From: Clostridia bacterium
GTDB taxonomy: Bacteria; Bacillota; Clostridia; CAKSNL01; HGM11501
Direction: 5' to 3'
Assembly (NCBI GenBank): GCA_045545475.1
Contig: JAZQAZ010000015.1
Span: 32,001-96,000 of the forward strand
Length of the DNA: 64,000 nt
Positions 37,962 through 47,033 of this stretch are shown here, piece after piece. Position numbers and translations under genes: made by a program. The first letter of the stretch is position 1, and the number at the start of each line of letters is the position of its first letter. The notes under the pieces were generated by a model. It was not told where the DNA came from and did not search any database. It worked only from the letters and a program-made list of their open reading frames with translations.

Positions 37962-40560
37962 ACTGTTCGTTTGTAATTGTAATAGTCTTAGTTTCGCCAT
38001 CCCATAAAACAGTATACCCAAGATGTTCAGAGCAGAATCTTAAAGGAATGAATGTTCTTCCTTCGACAATTCTTGGTTCCTGATTAAGGGTATATCTCAC
38101 TCTTCCGTAGCGACCGCCGGTTACATAAACGATGTTGTTCCATATCTGAAATTCTATCTTCATCAATGAATTTTCAACGATTATGGACTGATTTTTGTCA
38201 ACCCATTCTATTGTGGCTCCCATTTCCTCCAAAAGTCCTCTTAAAGGAATAAGGGTGTAGCCTTCATCAATGAACGGAGAAACATCCAACGTTACGTTCT
38301 TTGTTTCCCCGCCCTTCGTAACTTCAATTACCGGAGAGCCTATCTTTAGCACATATTTTTCAAAATTGCTTTCTTGGCTGTCTTTATAATCTCCGGCAGA
38401 CTGATAGAAGGTAACTTCTGCACAGGATGCTTTGTTTGTATAGCCTTCCACTATTTCAAACTCCACATAGCGTGCCTTTACTGGAGAATCAAACTTAACA
38501 TTTTTAACCTTCATGCTTCGCTCAAAGCTGTGGTTTTCAAGGACACATTCATAATTTTCTCCGTCTAAGCTTACCCACACGTTAAATAAATCCCAGTTTC
38601 CGTGAAAATCCTCACTTTGTCTCGGTGCCACATCAAAGGAGTCAATACTCCATTCTCCGCCAAGGTCGATTGTTAAAATAAAAGGTTCCTTTTCTTCCGA
38701 AGCAGTCTGCCAGAAGCCTGTCATAGCCTCATCCAAAACACCTGACGGCTCGTGATTAAGCCAGAAGCCCTGAGGTGAGGATGCACTCATATTGGCCTTC
38801 GGTATTTCGTACACGGCAATTTCATCATAGATTTCGGTGTATTCTGCAGGTGTTACGGTTTTCTTTGCAGGATCAGACTTATAAAAGTCGATTTCCGCAC
38901 AGCTTCCGTAACCTCCTACGCCCTCTTTAATTTCATATCTTATACGCTTTGCCTTTATGTTTGCGGCAAACATCTTCATTTTTTTACCGTTGTCCTCGTC
39001 AGCTGTGCCTTCTTCAATTAAAACCCAGTCATCCGAATCATCGATACATCCGTAAATAGCATACTTTGTGGGGTTTCCTGCCTCTCCGTCCGGTCTTGTT
39101 GTAAACTCAACGCCTGAAAGCTCCCTTACTTCGGGGAAGGTTATATCTATATAGTGAGGCGGAAGCTCTCTTGATACAATTATGGAACCTTCGTTTTTAT
39201 AGTCTGAGTGCCAGTAATTTACATAGTCACCGTCGATGGGGCGACGCATATAGGCATTATCCTTCACTTTGGAGCTTGAAAGTTTTACTTCCCAGGCACC
39301 CTTACCAGTAAGATAGGTACCGTCGTCTCCCTGCACATCATCTGTGTTTGTTGCAGAAGCTCCGGATTCCTCTTTTTTTGTATCTGAAGACGTATTTTCG
39401 TTTTCCCGTGTGGAGCTTTTGTAGTCCTTTAATGCTACGGTCTTCTTTGATGCATCACTCACCATAAACTCGATTTCCGTACAGGATGCATAACCGTCTA
39501 CGCTGTCGGTTATCTTGAAGCGTACCTTTTTTGCACTTACGTTGGAATTAAGGAGTACTTCAAACTGTGCTGCCCCCTTTACTGCCGTTCCCGACTCTAA
39601 AAATACCCAGGTTTCGGAATCGTCGGCACATCCGTATATAGAATATTTAAGGGGATTACCCGCTGTACCTGTTACACGGTTTATGAATACAACTCCGGAG
39701 AAGGTTCTCGCCTCGGGGAAGGTTATATCCACAAAGTGCGGAGGATTAACCTTTCCTGTAATCTGGCTTCCTTCGTTGGTGTAGTCTGTGTGCCAGTGCT
39801 GTTCCATATCGGTATCTATAGGGCGGCGGACATAGCCATCACTTTTTACCTTGGAGCTTGAAACGGTAACATCCCAGCTTTCCTTGCCTGTTAAATACTT
39901 ACCGTCATCGCTCTGATGCACTCCCGGATTTCCTTTGGAAGTGAGGCTTACCGCAGCATCTCCTGTTGAAGGTTTCTCGGTATTTTCCTGTGTATTTTCT
40001 GTTGCCGTCGTTTCGGTGTCTTTTACATCGCCCTTCAGCATTATAATTTCTGCGGCGGTGCAATAGCCGCTATTTGCCGCAGTAACGATGAACTTAATTG
40101 ACTTGTAACTTCCCTTTTCAATAGCTCTGTCTGCAGTTGCCCGGCTTTTTGCAAGGTCATATGTTACTTCTCTTAAAAGCTTATATTCGCTTCCGTCAGC
40201 ACTTCCGTAAATTTCAACCTTTTCCCATATGCCTGATGTGGAATCCACATTGTTTTTCTGACGAGGAACATATCTTACGCCTGAAATTTCAAGAGCTTCG
40301 GGAAATTCTATTATGATTTCGTAGGGAGGATTATCGTGTCCTACTACCTTTCCGTCCTCAACATAATATTTTGAATGCCAGTAGGTATTAATATCACCGT
40401 CTATCGCCTTTGTGATGTCGTTAAATTCGCCCATTATGCTCTCTGTCGTAATTGTCCAGCCCGATGTGTCGGTATAGGCATCCTCCGCAAAGGAAGGAAT
40501 AACGAAAAGCATTGATGTTATAAGACTTAATGCAAGTAAAAGTGTAAATATCTTTTTCAT
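37960..40560 (-). CDS. Module 4 partner: secreted protein with 4 F5/8C (CBM32-like) domains + C-terminal stalk domain
   Basis: Signal peptide; AIDGDINTYWHS..VPRQ and related repeats; stalk domain LDVSPFIDEGYTLIPLRG...RTFIPLRFCSEHLGY. Confidence 0.85.
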   Translation of the reverse strand: MKKIFTLLLALSLITSMLFVIPSFAEDAYTDTSGWTITTESIMGEFNDITKAIDGDINTYWHSKYYVEDGKVVGHDNPPYEIIIEFPEALEISGVRYVPRQKNNVDSTSGIWEKVEIYGSADGSEYKLLREVTYDLAKSRATADRAIEKGSYKSIKFIVTAANSGYCTAAEIIMLKGDVKDTETTATENTQENTEKPSTGDAAVSLTSKGNPGVHQSDDGKYLTGKESWDVTVSSSKVKSDGYVRRPIDTDMEQHWHTDYTNEGSQITGKVNPPHFVDITFPEARTFSGVVFINRVTGTAGNPLKYSIYGCADDSETWVFLESGTAVKGAAQFEVLLNSNVSAKKVRFKITDSVDGYASCTEIEFMVSDASKKTVALKDYKSSTRENENTSSDTKKEESGASATNTDDVQGDDGTYLTGKGAWEVKLSSSKVKDNAYMRRPIDGDYVNYWHSDYKNEGSIIVSRELPPHYIDITFPEVRELSGVEFTTRPDGEAGNPTKYAIYGCIDDSDDWVLIEEGTADEDNGKKMKMFAANIKAKRIRYEIKEGVGGYGSCAEIDFYKSDPAKKTVTPAEYTEIYDEIAVYEIPKANMSASSPQGFWLNHEPSGVLDEAMTGFWQTASEEKEPFILTIDLGGEWSIDSFDVAPRQSEDFHGNWDLFNVWVSLDGENYECVLENHSFERSMKVKNVKFDSPVKARYVEFEIVEGYTNKASCAEVTFYQSAGDYKDSQESNFEKYVLKIGSPVIEVTKGGETKNVTLDVSPFIDEGYTLIPLRGLLEEMGATIEWVDKNQSIIVENSLMKIEFQIWNNIVYVTGGRYGRVRYTLNQEPRIVEGRTFIPLRFCSEHLGYTVLWDGETKTITITNEQ

Positions 40561-40575
40561 TTTTCTCCCTCCTTA

Positions 40576-43296
40576 TTAAAATTCCGATGCTGCAGTTTTA
40601 ACTGCATTTACATCAATTTCGTGACTTGATACTGAGAATATATCACCTTCATTATACATCTTCCAGCCAAATACGTCACACACATAGGTTAAAGGCACAT
40701 AGCAAAGACCGTCTTTAACAACTACCGGAGCCTGTAATGTCGCAGCTTCGCCGTTGATTCTTACTTCATTTGTGCCAATATATGTATATGACCAGATATT
40801 ATCTGTAATTTCAAAGTTTTTAAGATTGAAATTCTTAAGGAAGAACATATTCTTGCTCTGACGGTATTCATATTTTGTTTCGCCGTCACCCAGGATATAT
40901 TCAAAGGCACTTGCAGGCACATAAAGAGTTCCGTTTTCCATAAAGGTTGAAACTCTTGTATCAGCGTCGTAAACATAGTTTTTTCCGCCGTTTACAAACA
41001 TTTTATTTTCACCCGCTTTAAATACCGATGTATCGGAAAGTGCGTTTCTTGTTTCAGCATCAAGGCTCTTTTGCGGAACTTCTGTGTAAAGATAGTTAAA
41101 GCGTCCCATGGGAGCAACGCTTCCGAATTCGTAAAATCTTAAAATATCTCCGTTTTCAAAAGAATAGTCTGCCCATTTAAATTCAAGGTCTGCCTTATCG
41201 GTTTCACCGAGTATGCCCCTTGGAATCGAAACCGTATATACATTTCCTGTTATGTTTAAAGTTGCATCGGCCTCTTTAATCCATACCCCTTCCTTGTAGC
41301 TTGCAATTTCGCCCTTGCCTGTTACATTAACGGAGATGTCATATCCTTCCCAGCCTGTTGCCCAGTTTCTGTCAACATCAATATAAAGGTGCATAAAGGA
41401 GTCATTGTCCTTAATATCATCTTCGCACTCTGCCATGAAGTAGAAATAATTTTTGTCTCTGGCAACCTTTGCACTTCTTATAACATTTGAAAGCTTTGAT
41501 ATAAACACATATTTCTCTCCGGTATCGCCGTTGGTAAGACCTGTTGCATTTCTTTCATAACCGCCTTCTATGTTGATAAATCGGGGTTCTACATTATCCC
41601 ACTGCGATACGTCACCGCTTAAGTTAATGGTTGTTTCACCGCTTGCTAAAGGTGCAGGACGAACGCCCTTATATTTTCTAATATAGTCAACCAATATGTT
41701 GTAATAGCCGTCCTTAAGCACTCCTGCCGACGGTTCAAAGTCTCGGCTGTTTTCATCGTCAAAGGTATCAACAAAGGAGTTTTTGAAGCCTGAATATTCT
41801 GAATTTCTTACCGCTGTCCATTCGTTCCAACCGTCAATCATAACCATAGCGGGATCAAGTGCCAAAACTCTTGACATCTGCTCTCTGAAGAAATATCCCA
41901 TATGCATAGCTTCCTCCCTGTAGTCTTCGCCAAAGCCTTCTGTGTAGCTTCTTCCCTTTGTGTAGGGGTCTGAAAACACACCTGTTTTTTCAAACATAAA
42001 TACGTATGATTGGTTTATTCCCGTACCTGCAGATACGCTTTCGACTCTGCCGTCAGCCATTTTGCCGTAAGCTGTCTGGGGATACTGCATAAGCCAGTTC
42101 CATGCCTTTTCATCGGAGTATTCTCCGCCCTGACGACTTCCATTTTGCCTGAAGGTAAAGTATTCAAATATTTCCTTAAGAAGTGCATCGTTTTCCGAAT
42201 CTTCTCCTGTTACAAAACGAGAGAGCGTATCAGGATTGGTCGAGCCAAACATAACGGGCTTTCCTTCCCACTTATACCAGAGATCGTTATACTTTTCAGG
42301 CTTGAAGTAGTTAAGGTAAAGGCACTTAATCTGTGCAAGCCTGTGTTCGTAGTCTCCGCTCCATGAGGAAAGACAGCTTACTCCCGGAACATTAACGCCC
42401 GCCTTTTTTGCATCGTAAAATGCTGAAAAGAGGATATTTGTCTGAGTTATAAAAGCACTTCCTCCATTGGAAAAGTCAAAGAAGATTGCATCCACTCCCG
42501 CATTTGCCAGCATTTCCGCATGACGGCGATATACCCAGTATTCATTACTTGTGTAAAAACCAAAGAGAGGTTTTGACCAGAAATAGTTTCCGTTGATATC
42601 CCATACGTCACTGTAATAATTTTCCTTTTCTGAAGGATGAGCAGCAATTATCTCGGAGGGGATTCTTGCATTATGAATGTCTGTCACGGTCCAGTTCCAG
42701 TAAAGCATACCCACCTCGTGGAGGCCTTCCTTTACTTCGCCGACTTCTTCATAGTCGGCAAGTTTTCTTCCCATATGGTCAGTTCCTGCCCATGTATCTG
42801 AGAAGTTATCGATGATTGCAGTATCGGGAACAGGCACATAGGTATTTTCAACAATTTCTCCGGAAAGAACAATTTCTTTTACCGAGATGGCGTTGTTTCC
42901 GCCATAGGTTGCCACAACATAAAGGTCGTGAACTCCTGTTACTTCTTTTATATTTGTTGAAAAAACACCGTCAATGGCGTTGCCTTCGTTGAATACAACA
43001 TAGCCAAGACATTCACCCTTTTGGGGATCGTCAATTCTTATGCCGAAAGCCTCACCGTTTGCACCGCCTGTAATTATGGAATCCCCCTTGATTGATATAC
43101 TCTTAATACCGGTTAAATCCACATTTGAAAAGGCGATATACCTTCCCTTCGCAAAGCCTTTAACTGCATTTCCGGAAACCGACACTCCGCTGCTTTTTGA
43201 AAAGGACACCGCAATTAAAGTTTTGTCCGCTGCAAAGGAAGTCACAAGGGACAGTGCCAGAATTAAGGCAAGTGTCAGGCAAGCTAACTTTTTCAT
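40576..43296 (-). CDS. Module 4 enzyme: CBM6-like + GH99/GH71-like + stalk-type domain, secreted
   Basis: TGVHDLYV; YFWSKPLFGFY..YWVYRRHAEMLANAGVD; GWNEW...DDENSRDFEP. Confidence 0.7.
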   Translation of the reverse strand: MKKLACLTLALILALSLVTSFAADKTLIAVSFSKSSGVSVSGNAVKGFAKGRYIAFSNVDLTGIKSISIKGDSIITGGANGEAFGIRIDDPQKGECLGYVVFNEGNAIDGVFSTNIKEVTGVHDLYVVATYGGNNAISVKEIVLSGEIVENTYVPVPDTAIIDNFSDTWAGTDHMGRKLADYEEVGEVKEGLHEVGMLYWNWTVTDIHNARIPSEIIAAHPSEKENYYSDVWDINGNYFWSKPLFGFYTSNEYWVYRRHAEMLANAGVDAIFFDFSNGGSAFITQTNILFSAFYDAKKAGVNVPGVSCLSSWSGDYEHRLAQIKCLYLNYFKPEKYNDLWYKWEGKPVMFGSTNPDTLSRFVTGEDSENDALLKEIFEYFTFRQNGSRQGGEYSDEKAWNWLMQYPQTAYGKMADGRVESVSAGTGINQSYVFMFEKTGVFSDPYTKGRSYTEGFGEDYREEAMHMGYFFREQMSRVLALDPAMVMIDGWNEWTAVRNSEYSGFKNSFVDTFDDENSRDFEPSAGVLKDGYYNILVDYIRKYKGVRPAPLASGETTINLSGDVSQWDNVEPRFINIEGGYERNATGLTNGDTGEKYVFISKLSNVIRSAKVARDKNYFYFMAECEDDIKDNDSFMHLYIDVDRNWATGWEGYDISVNVTGKGEIASYKEGVWIKEADATLNITGNVYTVSIPRGILGETDKADLEFKWADYSFENGDILRFYEFGSVAPMGRFNYLYTEVPQKSLDAETRNALSDTSVFKAGENKMFVNGGKNYVYDADTRVSTFMENGTLYVPASAFEYILGDGETKYEYRQSKNMFFLKNFNLKNFEITDNIWSYTYIGTNEVRINGEAATLQAPVVVKDGLCYVPLTYVCDVFGWKMYNEGDIFSVSSHEIDVNAVKTAASEF

Positions 43297-43436
43297 ACTA
43301 TTTCCTCCTAAAAATAAGTTGACAAGTAATTGACTCTACATATATAATACAATTAAATAATTTATAATTCAAGTAAAATATTGCACTTTTAAGCGAAAAA
43401 AACAAAAATATTATTATTTAAAAAAGAAGGTACTTT

Positions 43437-44207
43437 ATGGAATTTTATCAGGTAAAATCTTTGTGGCCCGAAAAGAAAGGTTTTTCCCTTTACCGGCCGA
43501 AGATAAACGATGAATATATCTTCCTTCACTTCCTTACACCTGCCACACTTTTTCTTTCCGGCGAATATGTCCCCGTAAAAGCAGGTGCCTCCATTTTTTA
43601 CGCCCCCGGCTCGTGTCAGGAATTTTCCTCAAATGACTCCGAGCTTCTTCACGACTGGTTTCACGTGTCTTCTGATTTTTCACAATTAATGGAAAAATAT
43701 GGGGTTTTTCCGGGGAAAATTTATTATCCGGAAAGTGCCGAAATAACCGAAATTGTAAGAGAAATAGAACTTGAATGTCTTACATCCGGGGTACATTTTC
43801 ACGATGCCGCAAGGCTCCTTTCAGAAAAACTTTTAATTACTCTTTCAAGAAGTGCATCAGATGAAAATCCCCTCCCCCAATCTCCCGGAGACCTTCATAA
43901 AAAACAGTTTATATATGCACGAAGCCATATTCATATGGACTATAAACGAGACTGGTCGATAGACGAAATGGCCGAGCTGGTTCATTTAAGTGCTTCCCGT
44001 TTTTTCACATTATATAAAAATATTTTCGGAATATCTCCAAAGGAAGATTTGTTAAAATCCCGCATACAGCACGCAGAAATGCTCCTTTCCCAAGGGTATT
44101 CCGTTAAAGAAGTAGCAACGCTTTCAGGTTTTTCCAATCAGTATAATTTCATAAGGCAATTTAAAAAGATAACCGGCCAGACCCCCGGGAAATATAAAAA
44201 GGACTGA
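43437..44207 (+). CDS. AraC-family regulator divergent from module 4
   Basis: WSIDEMAELVHLSASRF; VATLSGFSNQYNFIRQFKKITGQTPGKY. Confidence 0.92.
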   Translation: MEFYQVKSLWPEKKGFSLYRPKINDEYIFLHFLTPATLFLSGEYVPVKAGASIFYAPGSCQEFSSNDSELLHDWFHVSSDFSQLMEKYGVFPGKIYYPESAEITEIVREIELECLTSGVHFHDAARLLSEKLLITLSRSASDENPLPQSPGDLHKKQFIYARSHIHMDYKRDWSIDEMAELVHLSASRFFTLYKNIFGISPKEDLLKSRIQHAEMLLSQGYSVKEVATLSGFSNQYNFIRQFKKITGQTPGKYKKD

Positions 44208-44231
44208 ATGCAATCGCATTCAATCCTTTTT
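44197..44231. terminator. Bidirectional terminator
   Basis: AAAAGGACTGAATGC / GCATTCAATCCTTTT. Confidence 0.7.
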
Positions 44232-44242
44232 TCATATACTTT

Positions 44243-46015
44243 TTATGCTTCGCTTCCGCGCATAGTGTCGTTTTCTTTTATGTGTTCTATCGGTTTTCCG
44301 ACATTTATAAGTCCGTTATTATATGCAATTCCTATGGAAGTTCTTGTATATCTTTTTATGTCAAAGGCATTATCTGTCGCAGGTAGAGGAGGACGAAGCT
44401 TGAAATGCTCGGGATCCATTTCAACAGAATAATCCTTTATGCAATGGTAAATGTCCATAATTTCGTGCATTAACTCTACCACTTCGGGATTTTCGTGCAT
44501 AACCTCGTTGTTGTAGCGGTGATAATCTATATTTGCCCTTATGAACATAAGGCGCCATCTCCAGGATTTTTTACCCCACTCGGGAAGCAATCCGTCAATT
44601 TCCTTTGCAAGAGCAAGTGCCCTTTCCGCAAGAGAAAAATCGGTAAGATTATTTTCGGGTGTCAGATTTATTTTAACCCTGTCATAGTTTTTAACGTGGT
44701 TTTCTTCAATCAGATTAACCATTTCAACAAACTTTTCCGTTTCCTTTAAGCCGAAGTGATAGCTTGCATATTCCGCCACGGCTTTTTCGGGATCGTTGTT
44801 GAAATCCTTGTAAAGTCCTGATACAACATACTTATTAAGGTCTTCAAATATGCCTTCGGAGTACATTCTTCCGCCATCAAGCTTTCCTTCTGTCGCTCTG
44901 AACAATTTCGTATATCTTTTCGGGAAGAAGGATGCACCGTATCCGCCCCAGGGCCAGAGTCCCCACATGGATATTTCGGGAAATGCAGTAAGAGGAAGGC
45001 CTCCCGGCACTTTCACATCGATTGGGTAGCGGGGATATTTTGTGTGGGAATCGGCTTCTATAGCATCGCACCATTTTTCATTTTCAAGAGATTTTGAAAG
45101 TCCCTCCCATTCGCCTGACGGAGGTGAGTCAAAAAGCCAGGTGCTTACCGTAAGCTTGCAATCGGGGAAAAGCTCTCTTGCCACTGCCTTGGCTCTTTTA
45201 GCCGCTTTGATATATCCGTTTCCTCCCCAGGGAGAGCATTTTTCACATCCGCAGCCGCCCTCATCATAAGGGAAGGTTGATATCATATCAATTTCAATTC
45301 CGCGTTTTTTATATTCGCCAAGCACCATACGGTTTTGTTTATCGAGTATTTCCTGACCTACTTTAGTTGAAGGGCAAGCTTTATTTCCGTGTTCGCATCT
45401 TAAACCGTAGGGATCAAATATTTTTTGGGTTTTAGCCTCATCAGGCACGGGTAAAAATGTGCAGGATGTAGCGACGCTCGTGGACAGCTTCATACCCAGA
45501 GATTTGATAAATTTCTGAATTTCTGCAAGATGGGAAAAAGCATCTTCAATTTCCTTGTTTCCTTCTGCTTCCCCCAAAAACGGCATTCCGATGTGTATGC
45601 GGTTTATGCCCATAAGTGCAAGATCCTCGTAATAGTCGAAAACTTCAGAAAGGGGTGCCATCCAGTAAAAGGTATGAAAATGAGTTGCCGTGTACACGCA
45701 TCTTTCGCTGCAATCGGGAGTTTTATAACCTCTCTTTTCAGAAGGTATAATTCCGCTTTCGTCAAATTTGCTTGAATAGAGAAATACCCCTACTCCTGCA
45801 AAGACGTTTATGAGCGAGTCTGCCTTTACGGTTATCATTTCAGGTTTTCCCGTTATTCTGTAAGAATCGGGACGCATAGCTTCATCTGTCTCCAGAACCA
45901 AAGTGAACTCAGCTTCTTCGGAAAGTTCCATTCCGCGTGCCGTAAGCCTTTTTAATACCGTATCGTAAACAGGCTTTAATCTTTCATCCGAAACCAAGAT
46001 GTTGAAAGTTTTCAT
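44243..46015 (-). CDS. Uncharacterised cytoplasmic protein, probably a glycoside-hydrolase-like TIM barrel with GH20/GH67-type N-terminal domain
   Basis: DSYRI...VFAGVG N-terminal domain; ATHFHTFY; YEDLALMGIN; PYDEGGCGCEKCSPWG; FPEISMWG; YSEGIFED. Confidence 0.5.
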   Translation of the reverse strand: MKTFNILVSDERLKPVYDTVLKRLTARGMELSEEAEFTLVLETDEAMRPDSYRITGKPEMITVKADSLINVFAGVGVFLYSSKFDESGIIPSEKRGYKTPDCSERCVYTATHFHTFYWMAPLSEVFDYYEDLALMGINRIHIGMPFLGEAEGNKEIEDAFSHLAEIQKFIKSLGMKLSTSVATSCTFLPVPDEAKTQKIFDPYGLRCEHGNKACPSTKVGQEILDKQNRMVLGEYKKRGIEIDMISTFPYDEGGCGCEKCSPWGGNGYIKAAKRAKAVARELFPDCKLTVSTWLFDSPPSGEWEGLSKSLENEKWCDAIEADSHTKYPRYPIDVKVPGGLPLTAFPEISMWGLWPWGGYGASFFPKRYTKLFRATEGKLDGGRMYSEGIFEDLNKYVVSGLYKDFNNDPEKAVAEYASYHFGLKETEKFVEMVNLIEENHVKNYDRVKINLTPENNLTDFSLAERALALAKEIDGLLPEWGKKSWRWRLMFIRANIDYHRYNNEVMHENPEVVELMHEIMDIYHCIKDYSVEMDPEHFKLRPPLPATDNAFDIKRYTRTSIGIAYNNGLINVGKPIEHIKENDTMRGSEA

Positions 46016-46045
46016 TTTTATTCCCCCTTATACTTTGTTTACTTA

Positions 46046-46107
46046 ATTATAGCACAGGAGAAAATTAAAATCCTTAAATTTTTTTACCGTTTTTCTGCCT
46101 TTTTTCT
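46046..46107 (-). promoter_or_regulatory. Activator-dependent promoter: extended -10 (TGCTATAAT) + the 37-bp motif shared with 17058-17094
   Basis: TCCTTAAATTTTTTTACCGTTTTTCTGCCTTTTTTCT at 46071-46107, 19 bp from the -10 hexamer. Confidence 0.65.
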
Positions 46108-46917
46108 TTATTTTTTTGTTATTCTCAAAAAATCCTTCATCAATTCCTCTGTCGGAGCTTCATATCGGAAACATTCTCTGTTAAGTGCCGTATATTTATG
46201 TTCTCCCATTTCATGATACGGCAAAAGCTCCACATCTTTTATCCGTAAACCTAAAAGAAAATCCGCTATCTTTTTCATTTCGGCAGAATCATCGTTAAAG
46301 CCCGGAATTACAGGGATTCTTATTATGATATCCCCTTTGAATTTTTCCGAAAGCTTTTTAAGATTTTTTATTATCTGCTTGTTTGAAACACCGGTTCCTT
46401 TAATGTGCAATTTTTCCGAAAAGCACTTTATATCATATAAAAACAAATCTGTATACGGCAAAATTTTTTCAAATCTATCCCAGGGTACATTTCCTGCCGT
46501 GTCAACTGCCGTATGTATTCCGTTTTCCTTGCACATTTTAAGGATTTCCAAAAGAAAATCCATTTGCAGCATACATTCTCCACCCGAAAATGTTACTCCG
46601 CCGCCTGATGTTTCGTAAAAACTTTTATCCTTTATAATTTCATTAAAAACCTCATCAACAGTATATTCTTTTCCACAGATTTCCTTTGCATCATTAAAGC
46701 AGAAAAAACTTTCATTATCCACAGACAAATTTTCACATCTGCCGCATTTGGTGCATTTATTTTCATAAAACAGGATTTCCTTTTCAAAATGTTGACTCTC
46801 AGGATTATGGCACCATTTGCATCTTAAGTTGCATCCCTTAAAAAATACCGTTGTCCGTATTCCCGGACCGTCGACATATGAATTTCTTTGTATATCAAAA
46901 ATTATTGCTTTCATCAA
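46108..46917 (-). CDS. Glycyl-radical enzyme activating enzyme (radical SAM)
   Basis: DGPGIRTTVFFKGCNLRCKWCHNPE (CxxxCxxC), short CTKCGRC insert, GGVTFSGGE, ELLPYH. Confidence 0.95.
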   Translation of the reverse strand: MMKAIIFDIQRNSYVDGPGIRTTVFFKGCNLRCKWCHNPESQHFEKEILFYENKCTKCGRCENLSVDNESFFCFNDAKEICGKEYTVDEVFNEIIKDKSFYETSGGGVTFSGGECMLQMDFLLEILKMCKENGIHTAVDTAGNVPWDRFEKILPYTDLFLYDIKCFSEKLHIKGTGVSNKQIIKNLKKLSEKFKGDIIIRIPVIPGFNDDSAEMKKIADFLLGLRIKDVELLPYHEMGEHKYTALNRECFRYEAPTEELMKDFLRITKK

Positions 46918-47033
46918 ATTCTCCTATAATCACTCAAAAAATAAAATGTAAGTTTTGCAATTTCATCAGGGCGTATATAACGTTCTGTTGCGTGACGTTT
47001 GTATTTTTTGATTTATTGTTCCTGAAGCAGCAT

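Noticed and set aside
11903-43296. Cellulosome or SLH-anchored complex
   Set aside because: No dockerin repeats, cohesins, SLH motifs or LPxTG signals were seen.
9488-43296. Copper amine oxidase enzymes
   Set aside because: Only the small non-catalytic stalk domain is present; no catalytic amine oxidase domain was seen.
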